Assembly: GCF_018350175.1 (NCBI RefSeq)
Contig: NC_058373.1
Span: forward strand, 112,470,001 to 112,534,000
Direction of reading: 5' to 3'
Length of the DNA stretch: 64,000 nucleotides
Source: Felis catus
Lineage: Eukaryota
Shown piece by piece: positions 23,682-35,245 of this stretch. The notes beneath the pieces are model-generated. The model was not told where the DNA came from. It did no database searches and saw only the letters and a list, made by a program, of their open reading frames with translations. Each line of letters opens with the position of its first letter. Position 1 is the first letter of the stretch. Both the position numbers and the translations under genes were made by a program.

Positions 23682-26600
23682 TTGTTTTTAGAATTTTTGG
23701 TAAATATATGACCCCTTTAATTTTTTAATTTTTTTAAAATATAATTTATTATCAAGTTAGCTAACATGCAGTGTATACAGTGTGCTCTTCACTTTGGGAG
23801 TAGATTCCCATAATTCATCACTTACATACAACACCCAGTGCTCATTCCAACAAGTGCCCTCCTTAATGCCCTTCACCCATTTCTCCTCTCTTCCCGCTGT
23901 CCCCCTATCAATCCTCAATTTGTTCTCTGTATTTAAGAGTCTCTTATGGTTTGCCTCCCTCTTTGTTTGAACCTATTTTTTCCTCTTCCCTTCCCCCATG
24001 GTCTTCTGTTAAGTTTCTCCAGTTCTACATATGAGTGAGAACAAATGATATCTGTCTTTCTCTGCCTGACTTATTTCACTTAGTGTAATACCCTCTGTGT
24101 ATTACCCTCCATCCACGTTGTTGCAAATGGCAAGATTTCATTCTTATTGCCAAGTAGTGTTCCATTGTATATATAAGCCACATCTTTATCCATTCATCAG
24201 TTGATGGACATTTGAGCTCTTTCCATAACATGGCTATTGTTGAAAGAGCTACTATAAACTTTGGGGTTCATGTGCACCTATGAATCAGCACTCCTATATC
24301 CTTTGGATTAATTCCCAGTAGTGCTATTGCTGGGTAGTAGGGTAATTCTATTTTTAATTTTTTGAGGAATCTCCACACTGTTTTCCAGAGCGGCTGCACC
24401 AGTTTGCATTCCCGCCAACAGCGCAAGAGGATTCCCATTTCTCCAAATCCTCACCAACATCTGTTTCCCGAGTTGCTAATTTTAGCCACTCTGACCGGTG
24501 TGAGGTGGTATCTCAGTGTGGTTTTGATTTGTATTTCCCTGATGATGAGCAATGTTGAGCATCTTTTCATGTGTCTGTTGGCCATCTGGGTGTCTTTTTT
24601 GGAAAAGTATCTGTTCGTGTCTTTTGCCCATTTCTTCACTGGATTATTTGTTTTTCAGGTGTTGGGTTTGGTAAGTTCTTTATAAATTTTGGATACTAAC
24701 CCTTTATTTGATATTCATGTGCAAATATATTCTCCCATTCCATCGGTTGCCTTTTAGTTGATTGTTTCTTTTGCAGTGCAGAAGCGTTTTATCTTGATGA
24801 GGTCCCAGTAGTTCATTTTGGCTTTTGTTTCCCTTGCCTTTGGAGACGTGTCGAATAAGAAGTTGCTGCAGCTGAGGTCAAAGAGGTTGTTGCCTGTTTT
24901 CTCCTCTAGGGTTTTGATGGTTTCCTGTCTCACGTTTAGGTCTTTAATCTCTTTTGAGTTTATTTTGTGTATGGTGTAAGAAAGTGGTCCAGTTTCATTC
25001 TTCTGCATGTTCCTGTCCAGTTCTCCCAGAACCATTTGCTAAAGAGACTGTCTTTTTTCCATTGGATACTCTTTCCTGCTTTGTCAAAGATTAGTTGGCC
25101 ATACGTTTGTGGATCCAATTCTGGGTTCTCTATTCCATTTCATTGGTCTGTGTCTGTTTTTGTGGCAGTAGGAACTCTGGTTTGGGAATCAAGGTAATGC
25201 TGGCTTCGTAGAGTCTGAAGCTTTCTTCCCATTTCTATTTTTTGGAGCACCTTGAGAAGAATAAGTATTAACTCTGCTTTAAATGTCTTGTAGAATTCCT
25301 CTGGGAAGCCATCTGGCCCAGGACTTTTACTTGGTGGGAGATTTTTGATAACTGATTCAATTTGTTTGCTAGTTAAGGGCCTGTTCAAATTTTCTATTTC
25401 TTCCCATTTGAGTTTTGTTAGTGTGTGGGTGTCTAGGAATTTGTCCATTTCTTCCAGGTTGTCCAGTTTGTTGGCATATAATTTTTCATAGTATTCTCTA
25501 ATAATTGTTTGTATTTCTATGGTGTTGGTTGTGATCTATCCTCTTCCATTTATGATTTGTCTATTTGGGTTCTCTATCTTTTCTTTTTGAGAAGTCTGGT
25601 AGGGGTTTATCAATTTGGTTTATTTTTTCAAAAAACCATCTTTTAGATTCATTGATCTGTCCTGGTATTTTGTTTTTTTTTGTTTTTTTTTTTGTTTTTG
25701 GATTCTCTATTGTTTATTTCTGCTCCAATCTTTATTATTTCTCTTATTTTTCTGGCTTTGGGGTTTCTTTGCTGTTTTGCTTCTCATTCTTTTAGGTGTG
25801 CAGTTAGGTTTTGTATTTCAGATTTTTCTTGTTTCTTGAGATAGGCGTGGATTGCAATGTATTTTCCTCTTAGGATTGCCTTTGCTGCATCCCAAAGGGT
25901 TTTCATTTTCATTTGTGTGTTTTCATTTTCATTTGCTTCCATTCATTTTTAAATTTCTTCTTTAATTTCCTGGTTGACCCATTCATTCTTTAGTAGGGTG
26001 TTCTTTAACCTCCATGCTTTTGGAAGCTTTCTAATATTTTCTTGTGGTTGATTGCAAATTTCATAGTGTTGTGCTCTGAAAATATGCATGGTATGATCTC
26101 AAATCTTTTATATTTATTGAGGGCTATTTTGTGACCCGGTATGTGATTTATCTTGGAGAATGTTCCATGTGCACTTGAGAAGAATGTATTCTGCTGCTTT
26201 TGGATGAAAAGTTCTGAATATATATGTCAAGTCCATCTGGTCTAGTGTATCCTTCAAGGCCATTGTTTCTTTATTGATTTTCTGCCTAGATGATCTGTCT
26301 GTTGTTGTAAATGGAGTATTAAAGTTCCCTGCAATTAGTGTATTCTTATCAATAAGATTGCTTATGTTTGTAACTAATTGATTAATGTATTTGTGTGCTT
26401 CTAAGTTGGGGACATAAACATTTACAATTGTTAGCTCTTCTTGATGGATAGACTCCATAATTATGACATAATGCCCTTCTTCATCTGTTATTATAGCCTT
26501 TAGTTTAAAATCTAGTTTGTCTGATGTAAGTATGGCAACTCTAGCTTTCATTTGACTTCCCATAGCATGATAGATGGTTCTCGATCCCCTCAATTTCAAT

Positions 26601-28030
26601 CTGAAGGTGTCCTCAGGTCTTAAATGAGTCTTTTGTAGACAGCATATAGATGGATCTTGTTTTTGTATCCATTCTGATACCCTATGTCTTTTGATTGGGG
26701 CATTTAGTCCATTTACATTCAGAGTGATTATTAAAAGATACAGATTTGTGTCATTGTGTTATCTGTAGGTTTTATGCTTGTGGTGATGTCTCTGGTCCTT
26801 TGTATTCTTTGGAGCATTCTACTGACAGAGTCCCCCTTAGGATCTCTTGCATGGCTGGTTTAGTGGTCATGAACTCTTTTTTGTTTGTCTGGGAAAGCCT
26901 TTATCTCTCCTTCTATTCTGAATGACAGCCTTGCTGGATAAAGAATTCTTGGCTGCATATTTTTCCTAGTCAGCACATTGAATGTTTCCTGCCATTCCCT
27001 TTGGGCCTGCCAGGTTTCAGTGGACAGGTCTGTTACTACCCTTATGCATCTACCCTTTTTGGTAGTTAAGGTCCGTTTGTCCCTAGCTGCTTTCAGAATT
27101 CTCTTTATCATTGTATTTTGTGAGTTTCACTATTAGGTGCCATGGTGAAGACCTATTCTTGTTGAATCTGAAGGGAGTTCTCTGTCTGGATTTAATGTCT
27201 GCTTCCTTCCCCAGATTAGGGTAATTCTCAGCTATAATTTCTTCAAGTAAACCTTCTGCCCCTTTCTCTCTTCTTCTGAAACTCCTATGATACGGATATT
27301 ATTACATTTCATTGAATCACTTAGTTCTCTAATTCTCCCCTCATGGCCTAGTATTTTCTTATGTCTCTTTTTCTCAGCTTCATAATTTTATCTTCTATTT
27401 CACTTATTCTCCCCCTCTGCTTCCTCCATCTTTTCTGTCACTGTATCTAGTTTATTTTGTTCCTCATTTACAACATTTCTTAATTCATCATGACTGTTTC
27501 TTAGTTTCTTGATCTACAGCAATAGATTTTCTGCTGCCTTCTATGCTTTTTGCAAGCCCAGCTATTAGTCTTATGACTATTATTCTAAATTCTTGATTAG
27601 ATATATTGTTTATATCTCTTTTGAGCAATTCTTTGTCATTTCTTCCTGAAATTTCTTTTGTGGAGAGTTCTTCCATTTCACTATTTTTGCTAGTTTTCTG
27701 TCCTTTATGTGTTTTAAAAGCTTGTTATGTGTCCTGCACCGGCAAGCACTACTATATTAAAGAGGGGTCATATGCTGTCCAAGGCCTGGCCCTTCAGGAG
27801 GTGTTTTTGGAGTGTGTTGTGTGCTCTCTTTTGTTGTGACTCTGGTTGCTTTATCTCCCTACTTGTAGTGGTGGTTTGGACCTTCCATCAGGTATCCTTT
27901 GATTTGTTCATTGAGGTAACCTGGAAAAATTTTAAAAAGAGGGGTGGTTATGGAAGAAGCCTATCCCATACAAAGAGAAATGATAAGAGTGGGGATAAAG
28001 AAAGGAATCAGAGAAACTATACAGCTTAAT

Positions 28031-28071
<41 letters not shown>

Positions 28072-28180
28072 TAAGAAGGAGATACAGAAGTGGTGTAAAA
28101 AGAATAGGTTAAAAATGTCTGCTTAAACAAACCAACAACCAGAATAGAGAAGGGAAGAAATAAGAGGAAGAAAAGGAAGG

Positions 28181-28219
<39 letters not shown>

Positions 28220-29262
28220 TTTACAAAATAGGAATTGGCCAAGAATCAGATCAGAAAACACAAAACTGCTGGGTCCCTGCTGGGTCCCTGCTGGGAACTG
28301 GTGGCTGTGTTGGTCTGGAGGAGGGGCTGTCTGTTTCCGTCATTGTCAAGCTTGCTTGGGTAGATAGACAGTTACCAGGCACAGAGGAGTGCAGTTTGCT
28401 GTAGGCAGGTCCTTCTCCACTGTGGGCCTGCAGTCCCTTCCCTGAACCTCCATCTTCTTGGTGATGGGAAAAAAAATGGTGACACCCCAATGTCTTCTCC
28501 CTGAACCGGGTGTTCCAGACCACTTTTTTTCAGGCCTTCTTCATAGTGCCATGTGGGCGCAAGTGGGCTGGTTTGTCCTGCTTCACAGTCTTCTGGGGCA
28601 CCCAGGTGCTACACTGGGATTCAAAACCAGATGTCTTAAAGGATCTGTGCTCCACACGCCCTGGTTCCAGGGTAGTGTCACTCTATACAGCCAGCCAACA
28701 CAGAGCCTCTGGGTGGCAGGCACCTGCATGGTCTTTTGTCCTTAGAGCCGCTATATACCTTCTTCCCACAGCATTTAAGGAAGGGGACTGCTTTTTCCTA
28801 CTGTGCCTCTGAACTAGCTACTGTGCCTGGGGCTGGCTCCACTCCCCTCCACCCCCCGTGCTTGTACTGGGCAACAGGCCCTGTTCCACAGAAATCCCCG
28901 CAACCCTGGATCAAGTTAGAATTAGTTCTTTCTCTGCTTTTTCCATTCCCCAGTCCATGGTTTTTCTCTTGTCCAAATACAATCCTACACTTCCTTCCAT
29001 AGCCTCTCTTTATCTTCCTGATGTCTCTCCACAGAGGGGGATCCCTCCCCTCCATGCCTACCCTATCTGTTTTATCTCTCCCAATTCACAATTACACACC
29101 TATGGCCTGCCAGGTTGTTCCTCTGGGCCCCTGGAGATGTTTCTATCACTCTGTAGTCTGGATTCTTGGAATTGTAAATCTTCTGGCCTCAATACTGCTG
29201 TGTTTGAAGAATGATGGAACTTCGGGTCCCCCTACTTCTCTTCCCTGTTGACTCTTCCCTGT
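23682..29262 (-). mobile_element. Originally full-length carnivore L1 (5'UTR, ORF1, ORF2 with RT-core deletion, 3'UTR), inactive
   Basis: 5' end near 29260; ORF1 remnants (RILKAARDKR...NMQPRILYPARLSFRIEGEIKAFPDKQ); endonuclease remnant at 26114-26599; deletion junction near 25170; ORF2 C-terminus and 3'UTR; approximate TSD tttccttgttttgtt / tttcctttgcttttgtt. Confidence 0.93.
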
Positions 29263-30507
29263 GTTTTCCTTTGCTTTTGTTCTCCACATCATTTGTTTAT
29301 TTCTCAACTAATTTGTATAGGAAGATATTATATAATGCCTCATTGTATCAGTAAAGTTCATGTTGTGGCCCTATTGTCTGAACGTCTTCCTACAGATTTA
29401 GATTAATGAAAGATTAGCAGGGTTTTGTAAACAACTATTCTTTAAAATATAAAAGAAAATAACAATAAAAACAGGATTGAAAGCACTCTGAGGGGAGGAA
29501 CTTCATCAGTTACATTCAGTTTGTTTCTTCATTGCTTGTCAGTCTCTGATACTTAGTAATTTTCTTAAATAAGAATACCTAATTTAAAATTTTGGCTTTC
29601 CCACTTACATGTCATCAGAAAGTATAAAGTATTTTAAAGAGAGTGTATCTCCTTTTCAACAGAGCCTTCATTTAGGAGAGAGTATTTGAGTATCAATATC
29701 CAGAGATAAGCTGCATTACAGGGGCACCCTTGTGGCTATAAAAAAAGAATATGAATTGTTTGGGGAACAATGAATGTTCAGAGCATTATGTGTATAAAGG
29801 AAAGTAATGGGAAGCTATGTTGGAGGAAGAGACTTGAATGACAAAGGGAAGGAAAGTTTTGAGCAAGAAATGCATGTTTACAGTTTTCATTATAAGGATG
29901 ATTAACTGACAATAGTGTGCATGCTCCCGGACTGGTTCCGGGAGCACATGGAGATTATGAATGCTATTGTACATACTTTACATGCTACTCCCATAAGTCA
30001 TCATTGGTTCTAAGTTATTCAAATTTCAAAAGTTCGTTGATATTTTTATATTAGGCTGTTGAAATACTAGAATTGCTTCTACAAATGCCATATAGTTTCT
30101 AGTTATCAATCGTATAGTATCTTGCTCCTCTTTGTTTATAATTCCCAGAATGTGTTCAGGGATATGGAATCTTAGAAGTCTATTTTCCAAAATTCTTTCT
30201 GTGTCATATGAGTTATGTTAAAGTGAATCTAAGTCTGTGCATCATCACCTTCCAGAAGCTGCAAGTTAACCAGGTCGTGATATATCTTTTTTACACATAT
30301 ATGGATATAAAAATAGCACTACATGTATAAAATTTCTTTTTTATGAGCTTGAGAAATATTATTTCTCTCTGTATTTTATACTCACATTATTTAAACTCCC
30401 TATGTTATATTTTCTCCCTTTGTTTTATGCTGCTTTTATTTTCTGTAGCCAATTTAATCAGATCTGATGCCTTGCCCACAAGTAGAATATCTGTTAAGGG
30501 AATGAAT

Positions 30508-30728
30508 AGGGGGTGCCTGGGTAGCTCAGTTGGTTATGTGTGTGACTCTTGATTTCAGCTCAGGTCATGATCTCAAGGTTCCTGGGATCAAGCCCTGCCT
30601 TGGGCTCTGAGCTGATAGTGTGGAGCCTGCTAGAGATTCTATTCTCTCTCCCTCTATTTCTGCCCCTCCTCTGCTGGCATTCGTGCTCTCTCTCTCTCTC
30701 AAAATAAATAAGCATTATTTTTTTTTTT
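30508..30728 (+). mobile_element. SINEC, older subfamily
   Basis: TSD aagggaatgaat. Confidence 0.9.
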
Positions 30729-30788
30729 AAAGGGAATGAATGAGTTCTGGTGGAGTGGTATCTGGTAAAAATAATTGACATAAAAAAG

Positions 30789-31005
30789 GCAGTATAGCAC
30801 AACAGTTAAGAGCTTGATAACTTGGATTGAAATAGTGTGCTTTTCACTTAGCATTGCTTTTTAACCACTGAGCCTCAGTTTCCATACCTGCAAAATTGGG
30901 TACTAATCTTACCCACTATATAGGATTATTGTGAGGACAAAATAAGATAGTAACAAGTAAAAGCTCTTAGATTTTGCTAAGTGGAAAGTGTTGAATAGAT
31001 GCTAT
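30789..31005 (+). mobile_element. MIR
   Basis: MIR core ctgagcctcagtttccatacctgcaaaattggg. Confidence 0.75.
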
Positions 31006-31377
31006 CTCTCAATCATTACTTTTTTAACTTGAGTTACTTATGTTATCTGAGAAAGCAATAAAGATAATTTACTAGAATAGTTCTTAAACTTTATTGGGCA
31101 AATTTTATTGTACAAATGGTAAGAATTTATTAAATTGTATATTACTTGGTCATAGGTGAGAGATTCTGATTTATGAGAATAGGGGTAACCCCCCAAAATT
31201 TGCAATTTTAGGAAGCATCAAAGGAAAGCCTGTTATAGGATATGTTTTCAGAAATTTTCCTTGAATTTCAGAAAATGTTAACAGTTTCACTACTGTGGTA
31301 AAAAAATCAACTTATTGGATATTGTTACTTGCCATGTAAGCCATACAATTTTAGAAACAAATGTGGCGTTTCTAAAT

Positions 31378-31553
31378 TTTTTTTAATGTTTATTTATTTT
31401 TGAGAGAGAGAGAGAACGTGTGAGTTAGGGAGACACAGAATCTGAAGCAGGCTAACGGCACAGAGCCTGACATGCAGCTCAAACTCAATGACCGCAAGAT
31501 CATGACCTGAGCTGAAGTCAGAGGTTCAACTGACTGAGCCACCCAGGTGCCCC
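31378..31553 (-). mobile_element. SINEC_Fc-type SINE
   Basis: Reverse SINE body with small deletions. Confidence 0.9.
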
Positions 31554-31595
31554 AGAAATTTGGCATTTCTATCAAGAATTATAAAACTACCTTTT

Positions 31596-31767
31596 GGGGG
31601 GCCTGGGTGGCTCAGTCATTTAATCATTCGACTTTGGCTCAGGTCATGATCTTGTGGTCCGTGAGTTCAAATCCCCGCATTGGGCTCTGTGCTGATAGCT
31701 CAGAGCCTGGAGCCTACTTCAGATTCTGTGTCTCCCTTTCTCTCTGCCCCTACCCCACTTGCACACA

Positions 31768-31821
<54 letters not shown>

Positions 31822-31845
31822 AATAAATAAAACATTTTTAAAAAG
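31596..31845 (+). mobile_element. SINEC_Fc-type SINE with expanded (CT)n
   Basis: Forward body; near-TSD ttataaaacta. Confidence 0.9.
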
Positions 31846-32580
31846 TTATAAAACTATCTTTGGTTTGATTCAATAATTTATTTTTGATTATTTTTCTTAA
31901 GGATATAACCCAAAAAGTTACATTAATTTATCTTTTATTTCTAAAATTTTGACATTAAATATGGCAATATCTAAATATAGATCGCTATCTAAATTATTGT
32001 TTATCTGTTCAGTGGGTTCATTACTAACCACTAAAATTTGTAATTATGAATCCTATAGTATCATAGAAAGAAATACATAAATCAAAAAACATTTATATTT
32101 ATATGCACACTACACTTGCAATTATGTAAAAATATAAGTAGGCAAGTGAACAAAGAATGAAAGGAATACATTCAAATTTAAAATATTTGGCCTAGGATCA
32201 ATTAAAAGCGAGGAAAATAATACATATGAACTCATTGCAAAATAGTTGCACAATATATGGATTAAGTTTAGTGTATTATACTTTTAGTTTCAGCTTTCTT
32301 CATGTTGTATAGCATCGACCAAGATAAAACAGAACAAAACAAAACAAAACAAAACTTCGTAAGTTTTATTATAAACTGCTTTCCTACAGATTCAGAAAAG
32401 TTGGTTTCTTTCTTGTCTATTTGTTGATTAGTACCCTGCCATTAGGGACCCTTCTGACTCTCAAAGATAGGAAAATGAATTAATTATCAGCATAATTCCA
32501 GAATGTTGTAGTAAGTGTTAATAATTGCTTTCTATTTGCTGGCATATGAAAAGAAAGTTGACAGGCATATATATACATAA

Positions 32581-32582
<2 letters not shown>

Positions 32583-32620
<38 letters not shown>
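32583..32620. repeat. (CA)n microsatellite
   Basis: Directly visible. Confidence 0.95.
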
Positions 32621-32621
<1 letters not shown>

Positions 32622-33292
32622 ATAAACCATAGCCAGTTAAGTATAAATTTGGTACTCCCACCCCTTATTGGTATTATTTAGTAGATAAGTAATCAATTAA
32701 TTAAATGACAGTTTTTGTGACAAATGGTAAATCAGAAAATAGGGTATGGCAAGATAAAAGAAAGGTTTTGTTTTCTATCAGGTTGCTTTTGCTTACTCTT
32801 TTGTGTGACACTTTGAATCTAGATTTTTCTAGGTTATCATTCTAAGAGAAAATTAATTTACCATACTGTGTTTTTACCATCTGGAAAATGACATAAAATG
32901 CAACCCAAATTGTCTTAATAAAATGAATATACTGGTTTACAAAATTTAACAAGTCTGTGGGTAGACTTTATATATGGCTTAATCAGAATTCCAGGTGTGT
33001 TTTTTTGTTTTGGTTGAACAGTTGATTGACTATTTGTTTATTTTTCCTACTACTCTCAAACTGCCCTCTTTCAAACTGACAGAGTTGACAGCAATTTCAG
33101 GCTATTGATATCAAGATAAAGCTTTTATATCTCTGAATTCCCCAGGAAAGACCATAAATTCACTCTGATTGTATTGGCTGGCGTAGGTAACATTCTTGAA
33201 ATGAGCACTCTCTTTGGCAAGTTGTTGGAATGTGCTCATTGGCTTAACCTAGCGCATACTTCAGCACTAAAGCTGGAAGTTTGAGATCAGCT

Positions 33293-33479
33293 TGCCACCA
33301 AGTGGAAGACACAGCAAGAAGGTGGCCAGGCAAGAGAAGAGAGCTTTCACCAGAACCCAACTATGCTGGTACCCTGATCTCATACTTTGAGCCTCCAGAA
33401 ATGTGAGAAAATCAGTTTCTGCTGTTTCAGCCACCAAATCTATGGTATTTTGTTATGACGACTTAAGCTGACTGAGACA
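33293..33479 (+). mobile_element. MaLR LTR 3' part (MLT1A-D-like)
   Basis: gaagacacagcaagaaggtggcc...accctgatct...cctccagaaatgtgagaaaat...ctgactgagaca. Confidence 0.8.
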
Positions 33480-33762
33480 TTTGGCAACTTTAAATGTATA
33501 ACTGTCAAATTTAAGGTGTATGTAGTTACTTTCTTGGGTCTTGATTTAGTTGGTTCTTTGTTTAGTTCTAATCTTTTTTCCCCCTCATATTTGCATTCAT
33601 TAGAAAACAATGTACCTCATATTGTGGTAATAGATCCTTGTAAATAATGATTTTAAGTATGAAAAAGATAATTTTAATTATCCTGTTTCTACATTCTTTT
33701 GTAAGTACAGAATATTAAACCCAGTTTTTGTATGTTAGACTAAAATTTTGTTACAGGTTTTT

Positions 33763-33992
33763 AAAAAAAATTTTTTTAGTGTTTATTTATTCTTGAGACA
33801 GAGAGAGAGAGATTGAGAGAGCAAGCACAAGCAGGGGAGGGGCAGAGAGAGAGGGAGACCCAGAATCAGAAGCAGGCTCTAGGCTCTGATCTGTCAGCAT
33901 AGAGCCTGACGCAGGGCTTGAACCCACAGACCATGAGATCATGACCTGAGCTGAAGTCGAACGCTTAACCAGCTGAGCCACCCAGGCGCCCC
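33763..33992 (-). mobile_element. SINEC_Fc-type SINE
   Basis: Reverse body; caggttttt on both flanks. Confidence 0.92.
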
Positions 33993-34999
33993 ACTGCAGG
34001 TTTTTTAAGAGAAATTATTTCATTTTATAATATTCAGCATAGAATCACAGGATGGTTATGCAGTTCATACATGGCACTTAATAGATCAGTAAAGTCCTTC
34101 TGACAACTAAGTATCAAAATTGCTACTTTACTTTAATATTTATAATGTACCATGTTCATAAATCTGGTGCTTCACATCGCAATTACTATTATTGTAATCA
34201 GCTCTAAATCAGCTCTTTCAACTGAAAGACATACAAGTAACAGCTACTGCTAATAAGTCCTTTTAAAATTAGAAAGTGTAAATTATCAAGTAGTGCCACA
34301 AATTAAACACTTCTTTGGAAGACACATCAAATATGACTTGTTATTCACTGTTAAATTAATAAAAAGACACTATTCTTAAACATGTACTACAGTGCTTTCT
34401 TTTTAGCTTTATGCCAGAAAAAATTTGGAATAATTAACACTCCCAAGCTCTCAGGAGGCTATCTGTCAGTAGAAGTGTAACAGCAGAAGTAAAAGAATTT
34501 TGAAATTCATAAAAGGCAGGCCTTAATTAAATTCACAACAAATTCTAATTAGAAGATGGTAGTGTTGTAAAGTTGAGTTCCGGTGAATACTTAGTATATT
34601 TTTTACTATTAGTGATGAGCAAATCAACCCAGTAATGAATCCCTTTTTATATTTTCCTACACCTAATTGCCCTTGCTAGACAATCTTTTTTCAAAGATAC
34701 TATGAAATCTCTTAATTTTTATTGGTTGGTAAATGAACAAAGTGCTAGTTGACAATATGATGATTTTGTGTTATAACTAGTTTACATTTATATAGTGTAT
34801 TTCTCTTACGAGTGAGGTCAGATATTTCATAAAAGGTTTTATCAGAAAATCCCTATGAACAAAACAGAAATGCATATACTTAAGAGACAAATCCTTACTT
34901 GCTCACAAACCCCTAGAAACAATATATTGATCCATCTTTAAAAATATGTACAAATATCTGACTTATGTGTAGAAAGTTGCAGTTTTAAAAACCAAAACA

Positions 35000-35245
35000 A
35001 GTTGAATAAATTATATAATATAAAAATTATGAAAATATTCTGTAATGTAATTTATGGTGGCAGAAATCTGAAAGTAATTGCCTAGGGGAGAGGAAGTTTA
35101 CTGAAAAAGGGTCATGTTGAAACTTTCTGGGGTGATGAGAATATCCTGTATCTTGTTTGGATGGCAGTGTCATAAGTATATAAAATTGTCAAAACTTATC
35201 AAACACAACACCCAAGGTCTTTGCATTTTATTGTATGCTAACTTC
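35000..35245 (+). mobile_element. Old L1 (L1MB/MC) 3' end
   Basis: aactttctggggtgatgagaatatcctgtatcttg...gtcaaaacttatcaaac...gcattttattgtatg. Confidence 0.65.

Larger units (their letters stand above)
20385..29291 (-). mobile_element. Internally deleted ERV1-class provirus with two LTRs, PBS, PPT and env remnant
   Basis: 3' LTR 20385-20979. PPT (caggggagaa on minus) at 20980-20989. PBS-like ttttggcaccaaacatgg on minus at about 23272-23289. 5' LTR at 23290-23681 plus 29265-29291, split by an L1. Confidence 0.88.

Noticed and set aside
26114..27676. Active L1 ORF1/ORF2
   Set aside because: Multiple stops and frameshifts, and the RT core is deleted.
31971..31980. Second MEF2 consensus CTAAATATAG
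   Set aside because: Isolated in very AT-rich, low-complexity sequence with no companion motif.
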